A DNA stretch of 64,000 bases from Malacoraja senta (Eukaryota), in contig CM075989.1 of the NCBI GenBank assembly GCA_038087875.1, positions 4,774,001 to 4,838,000 of the forward strand, in the 5' to 3' direction. A program made the translations under genes and the position numbers. Shown piece after piece: positions 25,999-39,134 of this stretch; position 1 is the stretch's first letter; each line of letters begins with the position of its first letter. The notes beneath the pieces are model-generated. The model was not told where the DNA came from, ran no database searches, and saw only the letters and a program-made list of their open reading frames with translations.

Positions 25999-26740
25999 AT
26001 GTCAAGAGACAATAACGGGCTGACCGTCCGCAGCCAGCGGGCCGGCCTCAGGAATATTGTGCTGAATAACCCGAGGAAGCGGAATGCCTTGTCACTGGCG
26101 ATGCTGGAATCACTGCGCACAGACCTTCTCCACAAAGCAGAAAGCCATGAACTCCAAGTTAGAGTGATACCAGCTGAAGGACCTGTGTTCTGCTCTGAAA
26201 GGGCCAACGTCAATAAACGGAGGTGACCACCATGCCTGCGTGTTCACAGTCTGCTCTGAAGTGATGAGGTTGCTTCAGGACATCACGGTGCCGGTCATTG
26301 CCAAAGTGAACGGGCTGGCGACACCAGCAGGCTGCCAGCTGGTGGCCAGCTGTGACATGGCCGTGGTGTCGGACACGTCGCGGTTCGCCACGCCCGGCGT
26401 CACCGTCGGCCTCTTCTGCTCCACCCCAACCGTGGCCCTGGGCCAAGCCGTCCCTCGCAAGTTTGCCCATGAGATGCTGTTTACAGGGGAGCCTATCTCT
26501 GCCCAGGATGCCCTGCGGCACGCGCTGGTGAGCAGAGTGATCAAGGACAGGTTGGAAGAAGAGATGGTGAGGATTGCCGGCCAGATCTGTGGGGCGAGCA
26601 GGGCTGTCGTCACTCTGGGCAAAGTGACATTCTACAAGCAAATGGCCCAGGACCACAACCAGGCCTATCAGACCACCTCGGAGGTCATGGTGGACAAACT
26701 AGCGATGGCCAGAAGAGTTAAACGGTCTGGTCATATTCCA
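25999..26740 (+). pseudogene. ECHDC3: Processed pseudogene of enoyl-CoA hydratase domain-containing protein 3
   Basis: Intronless RNIVLNNPRKRNALSLAML...VPVIAKVNGLATPAGCQLVASCDMAV...GLFCSTP...EMLFTGEPISAQDALRH; frameshift near 26200 and disrupted C-terminus. Confidence 0.9.
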
Positions 26741-26868
26741 CCACCACAGAGCAACGTGACCAATAATCTGCTCTGGTATTTAGGTGCGTGCAAAGATCCA
26801 TTAAGTCCTTGCCCTGCAGATCTTGAAGAACGGCCAAGAAATTATATATAGATCTCTCTAACTTTCCT

Positions 26869-29800
26869 TTTTTTTTTTTTAATTTTATTTTATTTATTAG
26901 AAGTTATGTACATTACAGTGATATAAGCCAAAAATAACATAAGACATTTCCTGTACCACATCTTGTTTTAAACTTTAAAAAGGAGAAGAATAGAGAGAGT
27001 TAGATAAGATAGTAAGTGCGTGAAAGAGTGATCAGGAGAAACCCGTAGAAACGTAAAACACGAGAAAGAGTTAAAAAGAAAACCAAAGGAAAAGAAAGAG
27101 AAAAATAGAGAACAGAAGATATAAGAAAGTAAATTAAGATAAAAGGGATGTACCTACTTCGTATCTTTACACACCCCTCACCAGGTCCTGAAACCATTTA
27201 TTTTCAAAGTTATGTTGCACCATATGCTTGTAATAAGTCGATAAATGGAGCCCAAATCTTTTGGAAATGGTCTGATTTGCCTGCTAGGAGGAATCTCATG
27301 TATTCGAGGTGTAACATTTCAGACATATTTGAAATCCACATTTTTATCGTTGGTGTGGGAGTGTTTTTCCAGAATTTAAGTATAAGTTTTTTTGCCATTA
27401 TTAAGCCGTAATTAAGGAAGCTCTTTTGGAATTAAGTCAGCTCAAAGCTGGCTTCCATTGTTCCAAAAATAATCAATTCTGCGTTCGGTTTCAGTTTTGT
27501 TTTAAATAATTTTGTACAAAAAACAAAGGAATGTGCTATAGTTGCTTCTTGGGATAGACATTTATCACAGATGGGGGAGACATTTGGAAAAAATTTACTT
27601 ATTTTAGTTTTTAAGTAATATAGTCTATATAAGGTTTTGAACTGGATTAGAATATGTCTTACATTGATCAAGCATTTGTGCACATATAGCAAGTGTTTAT
27701 CCCAACTTTCTTTCGAGATTTTTATAGCTAGTTCTTGTTCCCAATCTCTTCTAATTCTATCGGATGATGGTATTTCTATATTTAGGATGATATTATACAA
27801 GTATGATATTAAATTAGTTGATTCTGCCTTTATATTCATTGCTTCGTCTAATAGGTCTGGAGACAAATTTTGATATTCTTGTGTATATTTTTTCAAATAA
27901 TCACGGATTTGAAAATATTAAAAATATTGATTACTTCTCAGATTGTATTTAAGTTGTAGTTGTTGGAATGATAAAAAAAATTCCATTTTCATACATGTCT
28001 CCAAACGTTTTAATTCCTATTCTTTCCCAATGTGTGAATGATTTATCTATAATGGATGGTTTAAACGACGGATTATTAACTATGGGAGAGAGAAGCGATA
28101 GGTTTCTTAATTTTAGGGTTAATTTTATTTGTTTCCAAATTCTAATTGTACTATGAATAATTGGATTTGTACTGTATATTGTATTATTCAGTTTTATTGG
28201 TGAGAGAAGGATTGCTCCTATATTAAAAGGGGAGCAATCCTCTCTCTCCATTACCATCCAATCCACCCGTTGGGCAGAGTTGTCCAACAGGTGAATCACA
28301 TTTTTGACATTTGCTACCCAATAATAATACAAAAAATTAGGGAGTGTTAATCCACCAAATTCTTTAGGTTTGTACAAATGTCTTCTTTGAATTCTATGGG
28401 ATTTATAGTCCCATATAAAATTTGTGATATCAGAAACCAGTTTTTTAAAAAACTTTTAAAGTATATTGGTATTGATTGGAATAGATATAAAATTTGTGGT
28501 AGAAAGATCATTTTTACAGCATTTATTCTGCCTATTAAAGACATCGGAAGAGTTTTCCATAATTTAATCAGGGCGTTTAATTTATTAAGTAGGGGCATAT
28601 AGTTTGCATTAAATAAAGATTTATATTTTCTGTTAATTTCAATTCCCAAATATTTAAATTTTTCTGTAGCAATTTTAAAAGGGAATTTTAACAGGTGTGT
28701 TGAGTCTTGAGGTTTTATCGTCATTATTTCACTTTTATTCCAATTTATTCTATATCCTGAAAAGGATTCAAATTCCTCTATTAGATTTAATATATTTGGT
28801 ATACTGATTTGTGATTTTGTGATGTACAGTAGTACATCATCTGTGTATATTGATATTTTATTATTTGAGCATTTTGCATTATAACCATGGATATTCGGAT
28901 GTATTCTAATACTTTCAGCTAGAGGTTCTTTTATAAGAGCAAATAGCAGAGGTGATAGTGAGCATCCCTGTCTATTGCCCCTTGATAATTGAAATTTTGG
29001 GGACAACATGTTATTAGTTAATATTCTAGCAGTGGGCCTGTCATATAATAGTTTTACCCATGAGATAAAATTCTCTCCCATTTGAAATTTTTGCAATACT
29101 TTAACGAGGTAGTCCCATTCCACTTGATCGAATGCTTTTTCTGCGTCCAATGAAATAATTGATAAGTCTTGTTCTTCAGTTTTATATGAGTGCATTATAT
29201 TAAACAGACGTCTCAGATTATTGCATGAATATCTCTTGGGTATAAACCCCGTTTGATCCGCATTTATTAATTTACTAACATATTTACTTAATCTTCTAGC
29301 TAATGTTTTCGCTAGTATTTTTTAATCTGTATTTAACAGCGCAATGGCTCTGTATGAACCAGGATCTTCTAAATCTTTATCTTTTTTAGGTATAAGTGTA
29401 ATCATTGATTCCACTAATGTTTCTGGTAATGTTTGTTCTTTGAAAGCATATGTATACATTTTATGTAAACGTGGTGAAATTATCTCATAAAATCTTTTAT
29501 AAAATTCATTACTAAATCCATCTGGTCCTGGTGTTTATCCATTCTTTAGTGAGTTTATTGTTTCTTCTATTTCCTTAATTGAGATTTGTGCTTCTAATTC
29601 CTCTTGTTCGATCAGGTTAAGTTTTGGGAGATTACAGTTATCCAAGAACTCTATAACTTTAGTACTATCTGCTGACGTTTTAGATGTATATAAATTTTGA
29701 TAAAATTGAGCAAATCTTTTATTAATATCATTAGGTAATGTTAACAATTCACCTTTATCTGATTTAATCTTTAAAATCGTATGATCTTTTTCCCGTTTTT

Positions 29801-31586
29801 TCAGTTGACGTGCCAAAAGTTTATGTGGCTTATCAGCTAATTCAAAATTTTCCTGTTTTGTAATTTGAAATAATCTTATAACTTTTGCTGATAATATTTT
29901 ATTTTATTTAAATTTCAATATTGTTATTTTATTATGTTTATCTATAGTTGGCTCTTTAGCGTTATCTAGATCCAATTGTCTAATTCGTTCTTCTAACTGC
30001 CTTTTTTTCATTCTTATTCTTTTTATTTTGAAAAGCTTGATATGAAATAATAGATCCTCTGATAAATGCTTTAAAAGATTCCCATAGTAAAGCGGGTGAA
30101 ATATCTGGAATATCTGGTCTCGAAAAAAAATTCCATCTGTTGTTTTAAATATATACCACCTTGTGGATCCTTTAGAATTTGAGGATTAAACCTCCAAAAC
30201 GATTTTTTTTCAGGCATTCCTTCAAGTTAAAAAAAAAAAGTTAACGGGGAGTGGTCAGAAATAATGCTGTTGTGATATTTTGGGTTCATTGTGTAGGGAA
30301 TTAATTTTGTGTCCACTAAAAAATAGTCAATACGTGAATAAGTTTTGTGTACCGTTGAATAAAACGGGTATTCCCTTCCAGCTGGGTTAGCGATCCTCCA
30401 AACATCTGTTGTATTTGTATTTTTTGTATTTTTTATGTATGTATTTAGGAGTTCACTAGTTTTAGATTTTGTGTTACCCCTCTTTTGTTGTGTAGATTTA
30501 TCCAGGTACGGATCTAAAACGCAATTAAAGTCTCCCCCAATAATCACGTTTTGATAATTAAACTCTGAGATTATATTCAGGATTTTATTTTAAAATTGGG
30601 GATTATCAAAATTAGGTGCATAAATATTTACCATGGTGATTGGAGTAGCATGAATCTCTCTGGTAACTATGAGATATCTCCATTCCTTATCTATTATGAT
30701 ATTCTTTGATTTAAATGGTATACCTTTACGAATAATAATTGCCGTACCTCTAGATTTAGAGATATATGAAGATTGATATGTTTAGCCTATCCAATTTGCC
30801 TTCAATCTAGTCTGAGCTTGCAATTCCAGATATGTCTGAATTGAGCGATTTCAATTGTGCGAGAATCTTACCCCTTTTAATAGGTACGTTAGCACCCCTT
30901 ATGTTTCAACTGCAAAATGTGATTACTCCAAGTTTCTTTTGTTTATCGTCTTGCAATTTTAATCATTTTAATACCTTTGAGTCATACGGTGCAACCAATA
31001 CCTCAGGTCTCTGGGTGTTGGGGAAACATTTGCGGCTATTAAATTCTGTTGGTACATCCCTTTTAAAATTGTCCTTAAACAAAAAGACAAAAAAGTGTGA
31101 AATATTGTGACAAAATAAAATAATTTAAAAAGTGATATTACAGTCTAAAAATAACGACACTGTAACAAATTATCCACCTAATGGTGGTAGTTACAAGTTT
31201 GTTGACTTCCGTTGTTGTTAATATACATTTAGCTCCGCTCCCTTGAAAAATCTTGCAAAAGGGTGGGGCCAATTCAAAACCGAATTATATATATCACAAT
31301 TACAATATATATATATATATCTAATTAAGTCTTATCTAATTAAGTCTTCAAATTATCTATCATTTACTTATGCTAACAGTTTTTACATTTGCTTCACATT
31401 CAGTAATAATCAACTGCTGGTTGGAAGGGGTTAACCAGAGTCAGACTACTGGCTATTTGCCAAGCGCCTGAATCTTCTCACCTCCTCCCAAGCATAACTG
31501 GAACTGAAGCCTAGTATATTATATAAGTTCATTTTTTTAGTCTGTTATTAATCTATTTCCTTATATTTAGCCCCCCTTCCCCTCCC
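26869..31586 (-). mobile_element. L1 LINE, 4.7 kb, 5'-truncated before ORF1, fragmented ORF2
   Basis: PolyT at 26868-26880; 15-bp TSD ctctctaactttcct (26854-68, 31587-601); GGDFNCVLD, YSRIDYF, SDHSP, SLDAEKAFD, GNRQGCSLSPLLF, YTDD motifs. Confidence 0.95.
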
Positions 31587-31603
31587 CTCTCTAACTTTCC
31601 TAA

Positions 31604-31859
31604 TGGGCCTGTCCCACTTACACACGTTGAAAATCCAGCAGCGACCAGAAAGACGCTACGACTCTTTGTGTGACTAGGAGACTACTCATGACCATGTCGC
31701 GGGCTGAAGCCTGTATGGTCGTGAGTAGTCGCCCAAAGAGTTGTACCTTGTTCTGGTCGCCGCTGGATTTTCAACATGTTGAAAATTTTCGCTGACCTGC
31801 ATCGAGCTATGATGGGTGCCGGCAGTCGCCGAAAGAGTCGCGTAAGTGTGAGAGGCCCA
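31604..31859. mobile_element. Non-autonomous PIF/Harbinger MITE
   Basis: TAA|TGGGCCTGTCCCACTTAC...GTAAGTGTGAGAGGCCCA|TAA. Confidence 0.8.
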
Positions 31860-32074
31860 TAAGTTTCTATAGAGAAAAAAAAGGTTGGTAACGCCAGGGC
31901 CGGCTTTAAGCCAATAGGACCAATTGTTCCCTATTGGGGCCCCTGCGAAATATGCGGTGAGCTTCCTGCAGGAAACCCACAATACCCCAGGAGACGAGTC
32001 CACCTGGCTCCTGGAGTGGGGTGGTGAGGTCTTCATGAGCCACCTCAGCTCCATTTCCAGTGGGGCGGCCATTT

Positions 32075-32307
32075 CACACCTTTAGTGTTCCCGCCTGCGT
32101 TTAGGAGTATAAAAGTGTTCGTTTGGGCGTGCCGGTTGTCTCTTTCTTCTGCTCTGTTTACACAAGGCTGGTGAGGGCTCGAGTGAGTGGATCCGAGTCC
32201 AGCCCCGTGGTACCGTTTACAAATAACACAGAGTTTGGACTCCAGTGTTCGTTTCAGTGATTGACTGAACCAGACTAAGGGGATAGTATTAGATCCGGAA
32301 TCAACAG
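32075..32307 (+). mobile_element. LTR-like fragment inside Tx1
   Basis: TATAAAA box near 32108; ends in ...CAACA exactly where the Tx1 RT (VLLPKKG) resumes. Confidence 0.4.
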
Positions 32308-33670
32308 TCCTTCTGCCCAAGAAGGGCAATCTCCATCTTCTAACAAAAACTGCCGGTCTCCCGCCTCTGTACCGACTACAAGGTCTTTGCCAAGGCATTG
32401 GCCAATCGTCTGGGCTCAGTGCTGGCCCAAGTGATCCACACTGACCAGTCTTACACGGTCCTGAGCCGGTCCATCCATGACAATATCCATCTGATCCGGG
32501 ACCTGGTCGACCTAGCTCAGGAGTCCAGTGTACCCACTGCCGTTCTCTCCCTCGACCAGGAGAAGGCTTTCAACAGGGTGGATCACGAGTATCTGTTGAG
32601 GATTCTGCGGGCGTTTGGGTTCAGACCGTAATTTGTGGCCTGGATCCGGCTTTTATATGCCACCGCAGGGTGCCTTGTGAATGTCAACGGATCCTTGACG
32701 GCCCCCATTCCCTTCCACAGAGGAGTCCGTCAGGGCTGCCCCATGTCAGGCCAACTGTACGCCATCTGCGTGGAGCCATTCCTTAATCTGCTTCAGAGGA
32801 GGTTGACGGGCATGGTTCTACGCGAGCCGGACATGGAGGTGGTCCTCTCGGTCTGCGCCGATGACGTGCTCCTCATGGTCACCGGCCCCATCGACCTGCA
32901 GAGGATGCGTGAGTGTCAACGAGTCTTCTCGGCCGCCTCCTCTGCCAGGATCAACTGGGGGAAATGTTCTGGACTCTTGGTGGGTCCCTGGCAGGTGGAC
33001 TCCCTCCCGGAGGAGATGAGGTCTTTCGCGTGGAGTACCACGCACCTCCTCTACCTGGGAGTCTACCTGAGTCCCGGTGCGGAGACCTGGCTGGCGAACT
33101 GGCAGGAGCTGGAGATGAAAGTCGTCACCCGGCTGGGGAACTGGGCGGGTCTCCTCAGAGTGCTTTCCTACCAGGGCAGGGTGTTGGTCATTAACCAACT
33201 GGTGCCCTCCATGCTCTGGTACAGATTGACTACATTGGTCCCATCAGCCACCTTTGCTGGGATCATCCAGAAGAAGTTGGTGAACTTCTTCTGGGGCAAC
33301 GGAAAGCACTGGGTCTCTGCAGCAGTCCTGAGTCTCCCGATCGAGGAGGGGGGTCAGTCGCTGGTGTGCATTCGCACCAAGTTGGCGGCGCTCCGCCTCA
33401 GGACCTTGCAGAGATACCTGTACTCAGGGCATCCTCCCAGGTGGCACGTGCTGGCGACGCACTTTTTCCAACGGGGCCGCTGCCTTCAAGGCGGTACGCG
33501 GATCCCGATGGTCGGCGTCAGCTGTGCGGTCCTGATGGGGATGCCCGGCTTCTACAGGGACTTGTTGAGAGTCTGGAACCTGGTTGCTGTCGACCGGGCG
33601 TGATAGCAGCCAGTCCTTGTCCCGCCCCACCGGGCGTTGGGGGGGCTCAAACGTGTGGAGTACCTGTGGT

Positions 33671-34352
33671 AGCAATTACAAAATTCAATTACTAGATCTA
33701 AACATCTATCAATTTCTTAAGAATAGATTAACATTTTTAAATAGCCTAAGTGTCCAAATAACATTCACACAAGAATTCACAATATAACATAATTTTAAAA
33801 TCTCAATGTCATGGATTTACAGGCCAAATGGAAGGAATTGAATGTTTAATCTCTGTAAATTAATGGCCATTTAAATCATTTTGCGAGTGAGGTTTACTGG
33901 AACGCGATCATTTGGAACGTTGATTTGCGGTGAATTTAACCCCGTATCGGCATGAAAAATTCTGCCGTTAGTTTGGGGAAAAGAATCACCGTTTCGCATA
34001 AAAAAAATATGAATTAAAGGCTTCTTAAGAAGCACTTTTATACATTAAAATAAACTACTTTCGTTTACCTGTCCCGTGTGTGAAATCCGTCCCCGTTGTC
34101 GGCATTGATGGCTTTCGAAGCTGATTTAAAAATGACTCCAGCGCTGACATTGTCGATTAAATAAAAATTAAAAATACACAAAACGCCCGAAAACGATTTT
34201 TCAGCAAACGCTTGCACTCCAACGAAATATAATACAGGACAAGGTAGGAGAAACCCGCGTTTTAACCCCGCCCCCCCTCAAAGGCTCCAAAATCGCGCAC
34301 ACGGCCAGTGGCAGAATTGCAGCGCCGCTGAAGGTAAGTATTGTAACATACC
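33671..34352. mobile_element. AT-rich non-coding insertion (probable DNA transposon fragment) in Tx1
   Basis: Abrupt composition change; flanked by direct repeat TACCTGTGGT (33661-70, 34353-62). Confidence 0.55.
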
Positions 34353-34907
34353 TACCTGTGGTTGAGCAAACCCCCGCTCAGCCGGAAGTATTCATTGGAC
34401 CCAGGCGCCGTAATCCTTCCCGGAAGCCGGTCCCACACAACTTGAGCCACCTTTCCTCAACACCTTTCATCTCCCTCCGAGATGCAGAGAAGCGTGTCCT
34501 GTACAGGCTCCTCCTCCACACCCTGCACTTCCTCGCCCTGGTCCACCGTCCGGACACCAAGTGGCGGTCGGTGTTGCCTTCCGGTCGCGAGGGGGGCCCC
34601 TGGTGGGGGTCCATCTACGCAGGGATTCTCCCCCTCTACATCAGGGACCTGGGATGGAGGGTATTGCACCGAGGTGTTCCCTGCAACCTGTTTCTCTCGC
34701 GGTTCACAGACTCGCCAGCCGCCTGCCACTTTCGCGGGCTGGAAGAGTCTGTGTACCACGTGTATATGGAGTGCGTGAGGCTGCAGCCCCTGTTCCAATA
34801 CCTAAAGGGGCTGCTCCTTGCCTTCTGGCTGCACTTCTCACCCACCATCTCATCTTTGGACACCCTGAGCGTAGGGGAGAGGGTAGGGCCGAGGATGTTC
34901 TGGTTGG

Positions 34908-35900
34908 GTTTGCAAGTGACGACACCACCACAGTGGGCCAGATGTCAAATAATGATGAGACGGACTACAGAAAGGAGATTGAGAACCTTGCACCTTGGTG
35001 TCAAGATAACAACCTCTCCCTCAATATCAGCATGACAATGGAGATAGTGATTGTCTTCAGGAAGTGAAGCAGTACACACACCTCAGTCTACACTGATGCG
35101 CTGAAGTAGAGAGCTTCGAGCTCTTAGGTGTAAATATCACCCACAATTTGTCCAACACCAACTGCATCAAAGCTATGGCCACGAAAGCACACCAATACTT
35201 TTACTTCCTTAAAAGGCTTAGAAGGTCCAGCATGTCTTCAACAACCCTCACCAACTCCTACAGATGCGCCGCAGAAAGCATCTTATTAGGACACATCACA
35301 GCAAGGATTAGGAACAGCTCTATCCAAGACCAAAAGAAATTACAGAGTGGTGGATCACTCCAAACCATCACTCAAACCAACCTCCCTTTCATCGACACCA
35401 TCTACACTTCGCTCTGCCTCGGCAAGGACCCTAGCATAATCACGAACCAGTCTCACCCCGGTCATGCCCTCTTCCCTTCTTTCCCATCAAGCAGGAGATA
35501 CATGAGATTGAGAACGCACACCTCCACACTCAGGAACAGTTTCTTCCCAGCTGTTATCAGGCAACTGAATCATCCTACCTCATCCAGAGAGCAGTGCTGA
35601 ATTACTATGTACCTATTTGATGACCCTCGGACTATCCTTGATTGGACTTTGCTGCCGTTACCATGCACTAACCGTTATTCCCTTAACATGGTTAATCCCA
35701 TATATATGAACTGTAAATGGATCGATTGTAATCATGTATTGTCTTTCTGCTGACTGGTTAGCACGCAACAAAAAGCATTTCACTGTACCTCGGTACACAT
35801 GGCAATAAACTGAACTGAATTCTCATCAGCTAGAGTACATTCCTGACCTCCCATCTACCGCATTGGAGACCATTGAACTTTCTTTAATCGGACTTTATCT
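34908..35900 (+). mobile_element. Rex/Babar LINE 3' part with 3'UTR
   Basis: [57 protein letters not shown]. Confidence 0.85.
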
Positions 35901-36289
35901 GACTTCACTGTTATGTTTAGATATACAGCGTGGAAACAAGCCTTGGCCACTAAGCCCACGCTGACCAGCGATCACCCCGTACACTAGCACTATCCGACAC
36001 ACTAGGGACAATTTACAATTTACAAAAGCCAATCACGCTACAAACCTGTACGTCTTTGGAGTGTGGGAGGAAACCGGAGCACCCGGAGAAAACTCACCTA
36101 GTCACAGGGAGAACGTACAAACTCTCTATAGACATCGCCCATAGTCAGGATCAAACCCAGGTCTCTGGCGCTGTAAGGCAGCAACTCTATAGTTGTTCTA
36201 CTGTGCCACCCCAGTACCTTTATACTAAATGTTGTACACTTTAGCCTTTATCTTTGAACTGTGGACAGCTTGATTGTATTCATGTATAG

Positions 36290-36968
36290 TATAAGCATGC
36301 AGGTACAGCTGGCAGTGAAGAAAGCTAATGACATGTTGGCCTTTATAACAAGAGGAGTTGAGTATAGGACCAAATAGATCCTACTGCAGTTGTACAGGGC
36401 CCTAGTGAGACCACACCTGGAGTATTGTGTGCAGTTTTGGTCCCCTAATTTGAGGAAGGACATTCTTGCTATTGAGGGAGTGCAGCGTAGGTTTACAAGG
36501 TTAATTCCCAGGATGGCGGGACTGTCATATGCTGAGAGAATGGAGCGGCTGGGCTTGTACACTCTGGAGTTTAGAAGCATGAGAGGTGATCTTATTAAAA
36601 CATATAAGATTGTTAAGGGTTTGGACACGCTAGAGGCAGGAAACATGTTCCCGATGTTGGGGGAGTCCAGAACCAGGGGCCACAGTTTAGGAATAAGGGG
36701 TAAGCCATTTAGAACGGAGACAAGGAAACACTTTTTCTCACAGAGAGTTGTGAGTCGGTGGAATTCTCTGCCTCAGAGGGTGGTGGAGGCCGGTTCTCTG
36801 GATACTATCAAGAGAGAGCTAGTTAGTGCTCTTAAAGATAGCAGAGTCAGGGGATTTGGGGAGAAGGCAGGAACGGGGTACTGATTGGGGATGATCAGAC
36901 ATGATCACGTTGAATGGTGGTGCTGGCTCGGGGCCAAATGGCCTACTCCTGAACCTATTGCCTATTGT
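36290..36968 (+). mobile_element. CR1 LINE 3' fragment
   Basis: ORF 36390-36884 RPHLEYCVQFWSP...; (ctattg)n tail. Confidence 0.9.
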
Positions 36969-37069
36969 CTTTCCACTGTATCTCGGTAGGCGTAACAATA
37001 TTAAACTAAACTAAACTAAAGCTTCATGAGGAAGGTGTAATATAAATGCCATTCAGCACCAGGCCCTGA

Positions 37070-37650
37070 AGTCAAGGTGTTGCAAGGGAACAGGTTGAAC
37101 AGGGAGAGGATCATTGGCATCTCCCTACCCTCGGTACAAGAACTGTTCCAGAGCCGCTGTCTGAAAAAAGCTCAGAGAATTGCTAAGGACAAACTGCACC
37201 CCCTCCACATACACCTGGATCTCCTGCCATCAGGCAAGAGATATCGCAGCATCAAAGCCCGGACTACAAGACTGCTAAACAGCTTCCTGCCATATGCTGT
37301 GAGGCTGCTAAACAGCCACTCTGTACTCAGTCACCCGATTCTGCGGCTTGGCACGGACACTTTAATAACTGGCACTGGCCACTTCAATAACTGGCACTGG
37401 CCACTCAAATCAGCTGCCCCGGACATGTTTATGATTGGTTTTACTGTATTTTAACGTTGTTTTTACCTACTTTTCAACTATTTATACTGTTCCATCAGGG
37501 ACTGGATTGTTTTTAGTGTTATTATGTGTGAAATGTTTTAAATTTCATGTGCGATGCTCCGGTATTCCCTGGGAAACGTCTTTTCATTTTGCACTGTACA
37601 ACTGTTGCTTGCAAGATGACAATAAAGGTTGATTTGATTTGATTTGATTT
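37070..37650 (+). mobile_element. Rex-like LINE 3' end
   Basis: ERIIGISLPS...HPLH...LLPSGKRYRSIKARTTRLLNSF; AATAAA followed by a (gattt)n tail. Confidence 0.8.
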
Positions 37651-38859
37651 GAAGGATCTGACCAGCAGAACATAAGGTTGGCTGGCATCTCTGAACTGGC
37701 GCGGTGCTGGCAGCGGGCAGCGGCAGCCCCGGGCTTGAGCCGGCGAGTCAAGAGTGTTTTATTGTCATATGTCCTGGATGGGACAATTAAATTCTTACTT
37801 GCTGCAGCACAACAGAATATGTGAATATGTAAACATTGTACATAACGGGGGAAGAGATTTTAAAAAAGTTCAATAAATAACAAATATAGTGCAATAATAA
37901 TATAGTCTTTTGCAGTTCAGAGCTCAGAGCTTATTCGTTGTTGTGTTTCAAAGCCTGGAGGGGGAGGCGCTGGCTCGGCTCGGCTCTGCTCCGGCTCCCG
38001 GAGGGGGGGGGGGCGTTCCACGGTGGGCCGGGGACCGTCGTCCGCGCCTCTCGCCTTGCCCTTGGCCTCCTCGTCATTGGCGGGGATGCACACGGGCTGC
38101 TGCGGTGGCTCGACGGGACAGGCAATATCTCAGGAGAAGGGTGTCGACCCGAAGCGTCACCCGTTCCTTTTCTCCGGGGATGCATCCTGTCCCGCTGAGT
38201 TGCTGCAGCGTTTTGTGTGTTGTCCGTTGATGGCTGGTGCTCGGCTTTCGCCGGTGTGCGTGCAGCGGCCAAGAATGTCTCTCCGCCTGTCCAGTCTCTC
38301 CCCCCTGTCTCCCACTCGCATCTGCCCCCTCTCTCTCGCTGTTACTCCCTGCTCTCCCGCAACCTGGCACCCCCGTTCCTCAGATTAAATATATTTTTAC
38401 ACATAAATTATGAATTATGAATAAAGATGAGAACCTGGACATTTCAGATTCTTGAACTCTGCTGAAGAGAGGACCATTTTGATTTATGTGTTGGGAAACA
38501 TGAAGGAAATGGATGATGTGTTTGTTACCCGGAGTGTAGTTAGTCAGGATTTTCCTGGGCCGGTCTCACTCTGGGTCAAACATAGAAGCAGTGTCTATCT
38601 ACCTCCATCTGGTGGCTGCTTTGTTGTGTTAACTCCCTTCAGTCGTTGGGGGAACAGAGCCACGATGTAAGCTACAATACATAAGAGACTGCAGATGCAG
38701 GAATCCTGAGTCAAAAACAAACTGCTTGAATTACTCTCGGGGTCAGGCAGCATCTGTAAAGGGAAATGGACAGAGAAGGGAAACGGACAGAAGATAACCA
38801 GTAAAGAGAGGGCAGGGGAACAAGGGGAAGGGAGGGCAAAACTAGCAAGTAATATGTGT

Positions 38860-39070
38860 AAGATAGACACAAAATGCTGGAGTAACTCAGCGGGACATTG
38901 ACGTTTCGGGTCGAGGCTCTTCTTCAGACAGAATAGATACAGTCTGAAGAAAGGTCTCAACCCGAAACGTCACCCATTCCAATCCAGAGATGCTGTCTGC
39001 CCCGCTGAGTTACTCCAGCATTTGTATCTATCTTTGGTGTAAACCAGCATCTACAGTTCCTTCCCACAGA
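38860..39070. mobile_element. Penelope-terminus fold-back element with two opposed hammerhead-like cores
   Basis: Inverted arms aaatgctggagtaactcagcggg / cccgctgagttactccagcattt; cores at 38900-38927 (-) and 38944-38971 (+). Confidence 0.7.
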
Positions 39071-39134
39071 AGTAAAGTGTGGATTTCAGGGAGAGGGGTT
39101 GATTGGCACTTAAACTGAAAACAATTGCACTTAA

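Larger units (their letters stand above)
31950..34905 (+). mobile_element. Tx1-clade LINE, internally deleted and interrupted
   Basis: EN piece VSFLQETH...WLLEWGG (31955-32070); RT ORFs 32398-33603 (SLDQEKAFNRVDH, GVRQGCPMSG, ADDV); zinc-knuckle region CHF...EESVYHVYMEC in 34358-34860. Confidence 0.9.
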
